This document shows, in pieces, positions 47,304 through 56,967 of a stretch of 64,000 nt of DNA; within the stretch, counting starts at the first letter, position 1; the number at the start of each line of letters is the position of its first letter. Location: NCBI GenBank assembly GCA_045612545.1, contig JAZKZH010000017.1:8454-72453 (forward strand), written 5' to 3'. The position numbers and the translations under genes are program-made. A model generated the notes under the pieces. The model had not been told where the DNA came from. It saw nothing but the letters and a program-made list of their open reading frames with translations, and made no database searches. This DNA comes from Eubacteriales bacterium. Lineage in GTDB: Bacteria > Bacillota > Clostridia > Oscillospirales > CAG-382.

Positions 47304-47864
47304 GTGACGGACAGGGAGATCGTGGAGCTTTATCACGCCCGCGATGAGGAAGCGATTCTGAGAACCAAAGAGAAATACGAGAAGTATCTCTTGAAGATCG
47401 CCTACAATATATTAAACAGTCATTCCGACAGTGAGGAGGGTGTGAACGACACCTATCTTGCCGCATGGAATTCTATGCCGCCCCACAAGCCGGATGTATT
47501 GTCTGCCTATCTTGCCAAGCTGACGCGGCGGATCTCCATCGATCTGTTTCGGAAAAAGCACCGCGAAAAGCGGGCTGGATCGGAGTACGCTATGTCAATA
47601 TCAGAATGGGAAGAGTGTCTTTCCGGTGGAGAAATGCCGGAGGAGACGTTGGAAGCCAACCTTTTGGCGGAGGCCATCAACAAATTTCTGCGTTCCTTGC
47701 CCGTTGATGCAAGAAACGTATTCATCGGGCGGTATTATTACATGGATCCCCTGCAGGAGGTAGCGGCATACTGCGGTATGAGCGAAAGCAAGGCTAAGAG
47801 CCTTTTGTTCCGCACCCGGAATCAATTGAGGGAACATTTAGAAAAGGAGGGATTTTTCGTATGA
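47304..47864 (+). CDS. ECF RNA polymerase sigma factor
   Basis: GTG start after AAGGAGGG; region 2 DSEEGVNDTYLAAWN..LAKLTRRISID; region 4 FIGRYYY..EVA..KSLLFRTRNQL. Confidence 0.92.
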   Translation: MTDREIVELYHARDEEAILRTKEKYEKYLLKIAYNILNSHSDSEEGVNDTYLAAWNSMPPHKPDVLSAYLAKLTRRISIDLFRKKHREKRAGSEYAMSISEWEECLSGGEMPEETLEANLLAEAINKFLRSLPVDARNVFIGRYYYMDPLQEVAAYCGMSESKAKSLLFRTRNQLREHLEKEGFFV

Positions 47865-48520
47865 ACAACCGCACAAGCAGCGAAAGAATCATGGATGCTT
47901 TGGATCTTCTGGACGAAGACATGGCGTTGGAAGTGGCAAAGCTCCGCGAAAAGAAAAAGAAACGTCCCGTCCTTTGGCGATACGCCATGATCGCGGCAGG
48001 GTTCTGCGTGACCTTGCTGTGCGTACTGCAATTGGCGCCTTTGACGGGAAGAGTCCCGGAGGACGGTGTCACAGGGGACGGGGTTTCCTTGGAAAACATG
48101 GAAATACACAATTCGGACGGTACGGAAAGTATTTCTGCCACGTTCAGCAACAGTGAGGAATACAGTGAGGGCGAAACTGCGGGGGATGTCTCCGAGTCCG
48201 ACGAGAAAGACGAAGATCTCGAAATGGAACCGGAGAATTCCCCGGTTGAAGATCCTGTAGCCCCCCCGGAAACCGACGAAAAGCCTTCCGTCAAGGTGAG
48301 AATCGAAGGCTTTGACGGCGAACTTGCCTACTGCACCGTGTTTGTGAACGAGGGCACGATCTTCCCGTCGGGAACGAATTTGTTTGTAAGCTTTGAAAAA
48401 TGGAAGGATGCCCACTACCAAAAGATCAAGCCCGAGGATCTGACCGTGGGGATGGAGATCTGGGTGATGTTTTCCGGTTATGACGGCGACATCATTTTCG
48501 CAGTAATGCTTTACGAATAG
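47861..48520 (+). CDS. Probable membrane anti-sigma factor
   Basis: ATGA overlap with the ECF gene; N-terminal IMDALDLLDEDMALE helix, one TM, acidic linker and a small C-terminal beta domain. Confidence 0.72.
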   Translation: MNNRTSSERIMDALDLLDEDMALEVAKLREKKKKRPVLWRYAMIAAGFCVTLLCVLQLAPLTGRVPEDGVTGDGVSLENMEIHNSDGTESISATFSNSEEYSEGETAGDVSESDEKDEDLEMEPENSPVEDPVAPPETDEKPSVKVRIEGFDGELAYCTVFVNEGTIFPSGTNLFVSFEKWKDAHYQKIKPEDLTVGMEIWVMFSGYDGDIIFAVMLYE

Positions 48521-48525
48521 GAGGA

Positions 48526-49800
48526 ATGAAAATGAAGCGTATTTTGAGTTGTTTATTATTGGTATGCTTGCTGCTTGCGGGATGTGCCGCAGAGCAGGGA
48601 GGAACGAGCGTCGGAACGAGCGTCACGCCGGAGGACATCGGGGCGACGGATCTGTTGAAGCCCATCAAAAAGGAGGATCCCATCGTTACCGGCGTGGTGC
48701 GTCCTTACGAATCCTTGATGACTACCTTGGGGCTGAGAATGTTCCAAGAGACCTTGAAGGCTGATCCCGGCGCGGAAAACAAGCTGATCTCTCCCCTTTC
48801 CATTCTGTACGCCATGGCAATGGTATCGAACGGGGCGGACGATCAGGAAGCCGTCAAGGCGTATTGGGGCTATGATCTGCTCCACATCAACGAATATCTG
48901 TATGAATACACACTTAAGCTTCCCCAGGGGGAAAAGTATAAGCTTCAGCTCGCCAACTCTATTTGGTTTACCGAGCATGAACGGTTTACGGTGAACCGGG
49001 AATTTCTGCAGAAGGTAAAGAATTTCTACGATGCGGATGCCTATCAAGCGCCCTTTAACGAGGCGACCTGCAAGGACATCAACGAATGGGTGGAGCTGAA
49101 AACCGACGGGATGATCAAGGATATTCTGGATCAGATCCCCTACGACGCGGTGATGTATCTAGTCAACGCTTTGGCCTTTGAGGCGGAATGGCTCTCCACC
49201 TACGAGGAGGTCCAAGTGCGGGAGGGTGTCTTTACCAAGGCGGACGGAACTGAACAGAAGGTAGACTTTATGTACGATTCCGTGAGCCACTATTTTGAGG
49301 ATGAAAACGCCACGGGCTTTATGCGGTATTACAAGGATATGAAGTATGCCTTTGTGGCAATGCTTCCGAACGAGGGGGTCACGCCGGAGGAGTATATTGC
49401 CTCCTTGGACGGCAACGACCTGCATACCATGCTGAAGAATCCCCAAATGACCTCCGTGGTTACCTCTATTCCCGTGTTTGAAGCGGAATACGATGCCGAT
49501 CTGAGAAGCATTCTGGGGGCGGCAGGCTACCCGGTGGACGGCACCTTTAACGGGGTGGGAACCTCCACCGCAGGAGATATTGAAATCGGCAGAATTCTCC
49601 ACAAGACCTACATTCAGGTAGGCCCGCAGGGTACGAAAGCCGGGGCGGCTACCGTGGTGGAGATGAAGGATGAATGCGAAGTGGAAACGCCCCAGGAGCC
49701 CAAGGTGGTGCATTTGGACAGACCCTTTGTGTATATGATCATCGATTGCGAAAACGCCGTTCCTTTGTTTATCGGTGTGCAAAACAACGTGGGAAAGTGA
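48526..49800 (+). CDS. Lipoprotein serpin (serine protease inhibitor) 1
   Basis: Lipobox LLAGC; ISPLSI, ANSIW, INEWV..KTDGMI, LVNALAFEAEW, hinge GTKAGAAT and DRPF. Confidence 0.93.
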   Translation: MKMKRILSCLLLVCLLLAGCAAEQGGTSVGTSVTPEDIGATDLLKPIKKEDPIVTGVVRPYESLMTTLGLRMFQETLKADPGAENKLISPLSILYAMAMVSNGADDQEAVKAYWGYDLLHINEYLYEYTLKLPQGEKYKLQLANSIWFTEHERFTVNREFLQKVKNFYDADAYQAPFNEATCKDINEWVELKTDGMIKDILDQIPYDAVMYLVNALAFEAEWLSTYEEVQVREGVFTKADGTEQKVDFMYDSVSHYFEDENATGFMRYYKDMKYAFVAMLPNEGVTPEEYIASLDGNDLHTMLKNPQMTSVVTSIPVFEAEYDADLRSILGAAGYPVDGTFNGVGTSTAGDIEIGRILHKTYIQVGPQGTKAGAATVVEMKDECEVETPQEPKVVHLDRPFVYMIIDCENAVPLFIGVQNNVGK

Positions 49801-50763
49801 TTTTCTGACAAAGCATAAAAGGAGGTAGTTTCTATGACGAAGAAAAGATTGCTTGCGTTTTTACTGCTGTTGTGCGCGGTATTTACCGCAGGATGCGCTG
49901 CAGCGGAGGAACGCGGCGGGATAAGCGAAGACCCCGGGAAGCTCCCGGTGACCTGGGAGGATATTTCCGCAAAGGATCTGCTGGCAGGTATCAGCAGAGA
50001 GAAAATAGAGCTCACCGCCGTAGTGCGTCCTTACGAATCCTTGATGACTACCTTGGGGCTGAGAATGTTCCAAGAGACCTTGAAGGCTGATCCCGACGGG
50101 GAAAACAAGCTGATCTCTCCCCTTTCCATTCTGTACGCCATGGCAATGGTATCGAACGGGGCGGACGATCAGGAAGCCGTCAAGGCGTATTGGGGCTATG
50201 ATCTGCTCCACATCAACGAATATATGTATGAATACGCACTTAAGCTTCCCCAGGGGGAAAAGTATAAGCTCCAGCTCGCCAACTCGATCTGGTTCACGGA
50301 GGATGAACGGTTTACGGTGAACCGGGAATTTCTGCAGAAGGTAAAGAATCACTACGATGCGGATGCCTATCAAGCCCCCTTTAACGAGGCGACCTGTAAG
50401 GACATCAACGAATGGGTGGAGCTGAAAACCGACGGGATGATCAAGGATATTCTGGATCAGATCCCCGCGGATGCGGTGATGTATTTAGTCAACGCTCTGG
50501 CCTTTGAGGCGGAATGGCTCTCCACCTACGAGGAAACCCAGGTGCGGGAGGGTGTCTTTACCAAGGCGGACGGAACTGAACAGAAGGTAGACTTTATGTA
50601 CGATTCCGTGAGCCACTATTTTGAGGATGAAAACGCCACGGGCTTTATGCGGTATTACAGTGGCATGAAGTACGCCTTTGTGGCTATGCTTCCGAACGAG
50701 GGGGTCACTCCGGAGGAGTATATTGCCTCCTTGGACGGCAACGACCTGCATACCATGCTGAAA
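48697..50763 (+). repeat. Near-identical direct repeat between the serpin cores (about 48697-49437 vs 50023-50763)
   Basis: GTGCGTCCTTACGAATCCTTGATG...CATACCATGCTGAA is duplicated 1326 bp apart with scattered substitutions. Confidence 0.92.
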
Positions 50764-51129
50764 AACCCCGTGAACACCTCCGTGGTCACCTCTATCCCCG
50801 TTTTTGAAACGGAATACGATCTGAATCTGCGGGAGGTTTTGGACGCGGCAGGTTACCCGGTGGACGGATCCTTTAGCGGAGTGGGGATCTCTGCCGAAGG
50901 TCCCATCACCATCGGGCGGGTTCTCCACAAGACCTACATTCAGGTAGGTCCCCAGGGTACGAAAGCCGGGGCGGCTACCGTAGTGGAGATGATGACAGAA
51001 GGTGTCGAGGACATCGAGCAGGAGAAGCCCAAGGTGGTGCATCTGGACAGACCCTTCGTGTATATGATCATCGATTGCGAAAACGCCGTTCCGTTGTTTA
51101 TGGGAATCCTCGGAGACACCAACCAATAA
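49834..51129 (+). CDS. Lipoprotein serpin 2 (paralogue of serpin 1)
   Basis: Lipobox FTAGC; same serpin motifs; near-identical core to 48526-49800. Confidence 0.93.
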   Translation: MTKKRLLAFLLLLCAVFTAGCAAAEERGGISEDPGKLPVTWEDISAKDLLAGISREKIELTAVVRPYESLMTTLGLRMFQETLKADPDGENKLISPLSILYAMAMVSNGADDQEAVKAYWGYDLLHINEYMYEYALKLPQGEKYKLQLANSIWFTEDERFTVNREFLQKVKNHYDADAYQAPFNEATCKDINEWVELKTDGMIKDILDQIPADAVMYLVNALAFEAEWLSTYEETQVREGVFTKADGTEQKVDFMYDSVSHYFEDENATGFMRYYSGMKYAFVAMLPNEGVTPEEYIASLDGNDLHTMLKNPVNTSVVTSIPVFETEYDLNLREVLDAAGYPVDGSFSGVGISAEGPITIGRVLHKTYIQVGPQGTKAGAATVVEMMTEGVEDIEQEKPKVVHLDRPFVYMIIDCENAVPLFMGILGDTNQ

Positions 51130-51139
51130 AAAAAGACGA

Positions 51140-51179
51140 AACTGCCGTCCTTCCCTGCCGGGGAGGGGCGGCGTTTTTT
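51140..51179 (+). terminator. Terminator of the ECF-serpin operon
   Basis: GCCGTCCTTCCC..GGGAGGGGCGGC followed by a T run. Confidence 0.7.
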
Positions 51180-51200
51180 CGCCATAAAATGTATTTTCCC

Positions 51201-51229
51201 TTGACGGAAGGGAAAAACTGTGATAAAAT
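51201..51229 (+). promoter_or_regulatory. SigA promoter
   Basis: TTGACG-N17-TAAAAT with an extended TG. Confidence 0.6.
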
Positions 51230-51260
51230 GTCTATACTATATAAATAAGGAGGGAAGTTT

Positions 51261-52043
51261 ATGTTCAAACGCTTGCGCATTCTGCCGGGCTTGGTCGTCT
51301 TGCTGTTATGCATAGGGGCTTTTACCACCACGGCAGCAGACGTTCATGAGCTGCTCCCTCGAAACGCATTTTGGCAGGGCACACCCGATGGCGGTGCTTA
51401 CGTTATGCTGGAGGAATCCGGGGAATCCTTTTTGTTCTACACCTTTGATTCCAAGAAGATCCCCTCCACCCAAGCCATGTATTCCCAACCCGTTGTGATA
51501 AGCACGGCAGATCACTCGCTGGTGTACCACTTCACGGTAAAAGAAGGAAGCTGTGCGATTCAACTTCTGCTGGAGGGCAAAAACGGAGAAACAGTTGCCC
51601 TTTCCCTGAGCAACGTCTTGGGCATGGGGGAGGCTTTTGAAAGCGGAGTCCACAAGGGTGCTTTGCCTCTGAGCCAATTATGCAGTGAAAAAGAAGCGGT
51701 GTTCTTGGGACTTCGGGTTGAGATCATGGGAAGCAAATTACAGATCTTCGACTTGGAAGCAATGGCAGACAAAGATGTACCCGAGGACGTTTCGGAAAAC
51801 CAGTCCTCCGCAGATCCCCTTCCCCCCGAAAGCGAAGGAAGCATTCCCGCAGAGGAATCTGAAAAGAGCCTGACACCCGAGGAATCTCGTGATGCCATCT
51901 TCGTTTCCAAAGATGAGGTCAGCTTTTCCGAAACAACAAACGCCGCTACCACCATGTTCGTCACAACCCTTTCCATTGCGGGAATCATCATCGCAGTTGC
52001 CATCGGCATCTCTCTATTCCGCAGAACGCGGCCGTATTCATAA
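51261..52043 (+). CDS. Secreted, C-terminally membrane-anchored hypothetical protein
   Basis: Signal peptide, beta-rich domain, acidic Pro/Ser linker, C-terminal TM and basic tail. Confidence 0.75.
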   Translation: MFKRLRILPGLVVLLLCIGAFTTTAADVHELLPRNAFWQGTPDGGAYVMLEESGESFLFYTFDSKKIPSTQAMYSQPVVISTADHSLVYHFTVKEGSCAIQLLLEGKNGETVALSLSNVLGMGEAFESGVHKGALPLSQLCSEKEAVFLGLRVEIMGSKLQIFDLEAMADKDVPEDVSENQSSADPLPPESEGSIPAEESEKSLTPEESRDAIFVSKDEVSFSETTNAATTMFVTTLSIAGIIIAVAIGISLFRRTRPYS

Positions 52044-52078
52044 TACCAAAGAGTCGCAATCCTGCGGCTCTTTTTTAT

Positions 52079-52107
52079 TTGACAAACCCCGCGGCGTATG
52101 GTATACT
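52079..52107 (+). promoter_or_regulatory. SigA promoter
   Basis: TTGACA-N17-TATACT with an extended TG. Confidence 0.75.
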
Positions 52108-52128
52108 GCAAGCAACAGGAGGTGCGCT

Positions 52129-53703
52129 ATGACCCATTTTATGTTCCTTCGTTCCCGTCCCTTTGAGAAGATCAAAAAGGGAGAAAAAAACATTGAGCTT
52201 CGTTTGCACGATGAAAAACGAAAAAAGATCCGTGTGGGGGATAAGATCGTCTTCCGCAAGGAGGGCAAGCCTTTGGAATATTTGCTTTGTGGGGTAACCG
52301 CATTGCATCCATATCTCGACTTTGAGGAGCTGTTTGCTCACTTGGATCCCATAAAGTGCGGCTTCGCCACCGGGGAATCGTTATCCATGGAAGGGTATTA
52401 TGCCAAGGAAGAGGTGCAACGATACGGCGCCTTGGGCATTGAGCTTGCCTTGGAAAGCACCCATGCAGAAGGAATTCCTTTAGCAGAAGACGCCGAAAAC
52501 ATTCTATCCGCCGCACTCACCGCCGCCATGCCGAACACCGCTGTGGAAATAGCGTTGAAAAGCATTCCCGAGACGGAGGGAGAGCTTCTCTTGGTTGCCA
52601 TCGGGAAAGCCGCGTGGCAGATGGCTTTTGCGGCGCACCAAGTCTTGGGAAGCCGTATTTCCCGCGGGATCGTCATCACCAAGCACGGACACTCCATGGG
52701 AGAAATCGGGAATCTGACAATCCGCGAAGCGGGACATCCCGTGCCGGATGCTCACACCTACGCCGCTACCGAGGAAGCCCTGACCATGACGGCAGAGCTT
52801 ACGAAAAAAGACCGCGTTCTGTTTTTGATCTCGGGCGGTGGGTCTGCGCTGTTTGAAAAGCCCTTACTGCAGGCGGAGGAAATGGAAGCTGTTACGGCGG
52901 CATTGCTTGCCAGCGGAGCGGATATCACGGAGATCAATACACTGCGCAAGCGGTTTTCTGCAGTGAAGGGCGGTAAATTTGCCCGCCACGTCTCCCCCGC
53001 CAAGGTGTTTTCCGTCATTCTTTCCGACGTATTGGGCGACCCTATGGATATGATCGCATCCGGCCCCGCTTACCCCGACAGCGCCACATCCGCGGAGGCT
53101 GTGGCCATTGCAGAAAAATATGCCCTCCCGCTATCTCAAAAAGCTTGGGAGCTGTTGCGAGAGGAAACGCCCCGTGAGCTTCCCGGTGTGGAAAGCCACG
53201 TTACGGGGTCTGTAAGATTGCTTTGTCGGGCGGCGGAAAAGGTCTGCCGTGAATCGGGCTACGAAACGGTGTTGCTTACCGATACCTTAAGCTGTGAGGC
53301 GAGAGAGGCAGGCGCAATGTTTGCCTCCCTGGCAAGAGAACACGCATGCAGGGGCAAAAAGGCGTTCATCGCAGGAGGCGAAACGGTGGTGAAGCTGAAG
53401 GGCAAGGGCAAGGGAGGCCGCAACCAGGAAATGGCGCTTGCCGCCGCCATCGGCATGGAGGGGCTGGAAAACGTTCTGTTTTTCTCCTTGGGCTCAGACG
53501 GCACAGACGGCCCTACGGATGCGGCAGGAGGCTTTGCCAACGGCAATACCGCGAAAGCTATAAAAGCCAATGGGATCGACCCGGCTTACGCCTTGGAGAA
53601 CAACGATGCCTTCCACGCTCTGCTTGCGGCTGGCAGCTTGCTGTTCACAGGCCCTACGGGCACCAACGTCAACGATATTTCCGTTTTGTTAATAGGAGAA
53701 TAA
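52129..53703 (+). CDS. ASCH-domain / glycerate 2-kinase (DUF4147 + MOFRL) fusion
   Basis: Start at MTHF after AGGAGG. N-terminal PFEKIKKGEKNIELRL..GDKIVF..YY..E..YG..GIE (ASCH), then IGKAA, AGHPVP, LISGGGSAL, SDVLGD, GGET, GGRNQE, DGTDG and TGTNVND. Confidence 0.85.
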   Translation: MTHFMFLRSRPFEKIKKGEKNIELRLHDEKRKKIRVGDKIVFRKEGKPLEYLLCGVTALHPYLDFEELFAHLDPIKCGFATGESLSMEGYYAKEEVQRYGALGIELALESTHAEGIPLAEDAENILSAALTAAMPNTAVEIALKSIPETEGELLLVAIGKAAWQMAFAAHQVLGSRISRGIVITKHGHSMGEIGNLTIREAGHPVPDAHTYAATEEALTMTAELTKKDRVLFLISGGGSALFEKPLLQAEEMEAVTAALLASGADITEINTLRKRFSAVKGGKFARHVSPAKVFSVILSDVLGDPMDMIASGPAYPDSATSAEAVAIAEKYALPLSQKAWELLREETPRELPGVESHVTGSVRLLCRAAEKVCRESGYETVLLTDTLSCEAREAGAMFASLAREHACRGKKAFIAGGETVVKLKGKGKGGRNQEMALAAAIGMEGLENVLFFSLGSDGTDGPTDAAGGFANGNTAKAIKANGIDPAYALENNDAFHALLAAGSLLFTGPTGTNVNDISVLLIGE

Positions 53704-53707
53704 GGAT

Positions 53708-53740
53708 GAAAAAGAGCGATCGTGAAAGATCGCTCTTTTG
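53708..53740. terminator. Bidirectional terminator
   Basis: AAAAGAGCGATC-GTGAAA-GATCGCTCTTTT. Confidence 0.85.
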
Positions 53741-53754
53741 TTTACGTATGGAGA

Positions 53755-54840
53755 TTACTTTCTGCCTCTGTTGAGCATCTCGATGATGTCCTTAATGTCG
53801 GAATCCTCGGTGATGTCTGCGGGGGTCTCGATGGGCTTTGCGGTTTCTGCAGCAGGCATGGTGCGCTTCTTGTCAGCCGCCTTCTTGTTTGCCTCAAAGC
53901 CGGTAGCCACCAGAGTGATCTTCATCTCATCCTCCAGAGTAGCATCCAAAGCCGCACCGAAGATGATGGTCGCATCGGGCTGAGCCTCGCTGGTGATCAT
54001 AGCTACTGCGCAATCGATCTCGTCCAGACCGATGTCGGGAGAAGCGGTGATGTTGACCACGATGCCCTTTGCACCGCTGATGTTGGTTTCCAGCAAGGGA
54101 GAAGACATAGCCATCTTGGCTGCCATCTCTGCCTTGTCCTTACCCTTAGCAGCGCCAACGCCCATGTGAGCAAGGCCTGCGTTTGCCATAACAGCACAAA
54201 CGTCAGCAAAGTCAAGGTTGATGATACCTTCTACGGTGATCAGCTCGCAAATGCTGCGAACACCCTTCAGCAGAACGTCGTCTGCTTCTGCAAATGCGTT
54301 CAGGAAGGTGATCTTCTTATCGGTCAAGAGCTTCAGACGCTCGTTGGGGATCACGATCAAGCTGTCTACGATTTCAGCCAGCTTTTCGATACCCATCTCA
54401 GCCTGAGCCATTCTCTTGCCGCCTTCGAATACGAAGGGCTTGGTAACGATGGCAACGGTAAGGATATCCATCTCCTTTGCCACCTTTGCAACGATGGGAG
54501 CCGCGCCGGTACCGGTACCGCCGCCCATACCTGCGGTGATGAACACCATATCTGCACCCTTGAGTGCATCCTTGATCATGTCGATAGATTCATCGGCAGC
54601 CTTTTCACCAACCTCGGGATTGCTACCTGCGCCCTTACCCTTGGTGATCTTCTCGCCGATTTCGATCTTGGTGGGAGCGCTGGACTTGAACAGCACCTGG
54701 GAATCGGTGTTGATGTTGATAAATTCAACATCGGAAGAGTCAAAGGAAGCGATCATGCGGTTGACTGCGTTGCCACCACCGCCGCCCACACCGACGACCT
54801 TAATCACGACGGCATTGGGATTCGTGCTAAAATTTGACAT
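53755..54840 (-). CDS. ftsZ: Cell division protein FtsZ
   Basis: [19 protein letters not shown] and NLDFADV. Confidence 0.98.
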   Translation of the reverse strand: MSNFSTNPNAVVIKVVGVGGGGGNAVNRMIASFDSSDVEFININTDSQVLFKSSAPTKIEIGEKITKGKGAGSNPEVGEKAADESIDMIKDALKGADMVFITAGMGGGTGTGAAPIVAKVAKEMDILTVAIVTKPFVFEGGKRMAQAEMGIEKLAEIVDSLIVIPNERLKLLTDKKITFLNAFAEADDVLLKGVRSICELITVEGIINLDFADVCAVMANAGLAHMGVGAAKGKDKAEMAAKMAMSSPLLETNISGAKGIVVNITASPDIGLDEIDCAVAMITSEAQPDATIIFGAALDATLEDEMKITLVATGFEANKKAADKKRTMPAAETAKPIETPADITEDSDIKDIIEMLNRGRK

Positions 54841-54976
54841 AAATTGATCCTCCGAAAACTTTATATACTTTTTTACATTTACTATAATAACCTTTTTTAT
54901 TCAATTTTGCAAGAGCTTTTTGCGTTTTTCTTAGGAAAAATACTGACTTTTTTCGACATCAATGGCAAAAATTGAA

Positions 54977-55792
54977 TCATTCTGCAGGCAAGAGATCTTT
55001 TTCATCCAAACGAACCGCCGCTTCCCTGTGATCGGAAAGGTTGATATATCCCGTATCCGCAGGATCAAGCTTTTTTATGATCTCCGCCAGGAAGCGAATC
55101 TTGATATCTATATTATCGATGTCCGCAAGGTACACGGTAAAACGATCGTCATAGTTGATGGTGATGTCAAAGCGGCTGACCATATTGATATCACGGATCT
55201 TTGCCATCATTTCATATTTGGAAAGATGGTCGTAAAGCTCCTTGAGATAATCTGCGGTACGGGTATCCACAAAGGTAACGCTTTCCCCTACCAAGCAACG
55301 CTCCACGGAGCTGGTGGAAACCCTGGTAAGCCCCCGGGTGATCTCTCCCCCGCCAATTCTGCCAAGCACCTGCAGGTCACCGGAAAGCAGGTAGGCATCC
55401 TCTCCCAGCACCAAGGTCATTTCCGCCTTCCGTTCGCTGACGGTGACGGTGATCACCCCCGGCAGCTTGCGGGAGATCTCCACATCCCCGATATAGGGCA
55501 GAGCCTTTCGCAGAGTGTCCTCTGCCTCCTCAATACCAAAGGAGAACAGATTGTCTTCTATGGCAAAGGGAAGGTTTTCGAGAATCTGCCCCTCGGTATA
55601 GATCTCGTTGTTTTCTATACGGATCTCCGATATGCGGAAGAAGACGAAAAAACACACCACCAAGAAGACCACGGTAACGGACACAAACAGGCTGACGTAA
55701 AATACCGTTCTGCGGCGACGTTTCTTGTCCTGTTTGCTGCGCAGGGCATCCATATTGGCATTGCTTCGCACGTATTTGCGTTGCTCTTCCAT
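54977..55792 (-). CDS. ftsQ: Cell division protein FtsQ/DivIB
   Basis: Basic N-terminal tail, TM and POTRA (FRISEIRIE..LPYI..RKLP..VSER); dcw position; start at MEEQR. Confidence 0.85.
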   Translation of the reverse strand: MEEQRKYVRSNANMDALRSKQDKKRRRRTVFYVSLFVSVTVVFLVVCFFVFFRISEIRIENNEIYTEGQILENLPFAIEDNLFSFGIEEAEDTLRKALPYIGDVEISRKLPGVITVTVSERKAEMTLVLGEDAYLLSGDLQVLGRIGGGEITRGLTRVSTSSVERCLVGESVTFVDTRTADYLKELYDHLSKYEMMAKIRDINMVSRFDITINYDDRFTVYLADIDNIDIKIRFLAEIIKKLDPADTGYINLSDHREAAVRLDEKDLLPAE

Positions 55793-55823
55793 GGGTGTTC
55801 TCCTTCCTTTCCGCAGGGGTAGA

Positions 55824-56951
55824 TCATTCTTCCGCCAGACGGATAATTTCGCTTGCGATGCGATCCGCGGAATCCGGTGCGGCAAAATTACGAATGCCGT
55901 CCTCGATACGCTTCCGTTTGTTTTCGTTTTCCAGCAGATCCTTTACGGCAGTCTTCAAAACCGTGCTGTCCAGCTCGGATTCTCTGTATACCACCGCCGC
56001 CCCTGCGTCTGCCAGCAGGCGGGCATTTTTGTATTGGTGATCCTCCGCCACGTGGGGACTGGGGATCAAAATCGCCGCTTTGCCTCGCACGGCAAGCTCC
56101 GCCAAGGTCATAGCACCTGCACGGCAAATGATCAGATCTGCCGCCGCCTGACGGTATGGCATATCGTAAAAATATTCCGCTATGGTGAGATTGCTGTGGG
56201 TGTCCAGACCGTTTTCCTTTGCCAAGGCGGAGAAATGCTCAAATTCCACTCTGCCCACGGCATGATCGTGGCGAATGCCCGTGGGGACGGTGTATTGCTC
56301 CATAAGATCAAAGCAAAGCTCATTGACCCGTTTGGCGCCCATACTGCCGCCGAAGGAAAGGATATACAGCTCATCCTCACCAATGCCCAAGACCTTTCTT
56401 GCCTCGGCACGGGTGATGTGATCCACGTGAATGGGGTTACCCGTAAGCATAAGCTTTTCCCGGGATTCTTCGGGGAAGAATTTCTCGCTTCCCTCAAAGC
56501 TGATACAAACCACGTTTGCCAGCTTGGACAGCTTTTTGGTGGTCACGCCGGGGAAGGTATTCTGCTCATGGATCAAGCAAGGGATCCCCAGCTTGGAGGC
56601 CGCCTTCACCGTGGGCCAGCTGACGTAGCCCCCCGTTCCAACCACCACATCGGGTTGACGCTCCTTCAGGATCTTTTTTGCCTGACGAACGGAGTTGACC
56701 GCTTTGAACAAGGCCTTGCAGTTTTCCTTCAAGCCCTTGAAGTTGAGTTTTCTGCGGAAGCCCTGCACGTCTACGAAATCGATCTCGTAGCCCGCCTTGG
56801 GAACCAAAGTGCTTTCGATGCCACGCTTGGTGCCCACAAAGGAGATCTCCACTTGGGGATCCTGCTTTTTCAGAGCTTTTGCTATATTCAATGCGGGGTT
56901 GACGTGTCCGCCTGTTCCGCCGCCGCTTAATACGACTTTCATGGTGTTCAT
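55824..56951 (-). CDS. murG: MurG glycosyltransferase
   Basis: GGGTGGH, GTGGY, HEQN, GGSMGA, RAGA and HQYKNA. Confidence 0.97.
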   Translation of the reverse strand: MNTMKVVLSGGGTGGHVNPALNIAKALKKQDPQVEISFVGTKRGIESTLVPKAGYEIDFVDVQGFRRKLNFKGLKENCKALFKAVNSVRQAKKILKERQPDVVVGTGGYVSWPTVKAASKLGIPCLIHEQNTFPGVTTKKLSKLANVVCISFEGSEKFFPEESREKLMLTGNPIHVDHITRAEARKVLGIGEDELYILSFGGSMGAKRVNELCFDLMEQYTVPTGIRHDHAVGRVEFEHFSALAKENGLDTHSNLTIAEYFYDMPYRQAAADLIICRAGAMTLAELAVRGKAAILIPSPHVAEDHQYKNARLLADAGAAVVYRESELDSTVLKTAVKDLLENENKRKRIEDGIRNFAAPDSADRIASEIIRLAEE

Positions 56952-56967
56952 TCCTTTTTGGTAGGAT

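Noticed and set aside
48697-51129. Diversity-generating retroelement (TR/VR) explanation for the serpin duplication
   Set aside because: No reverse transcriptase in the window, both copies are intact genes, and the differences are not confined to adenines.
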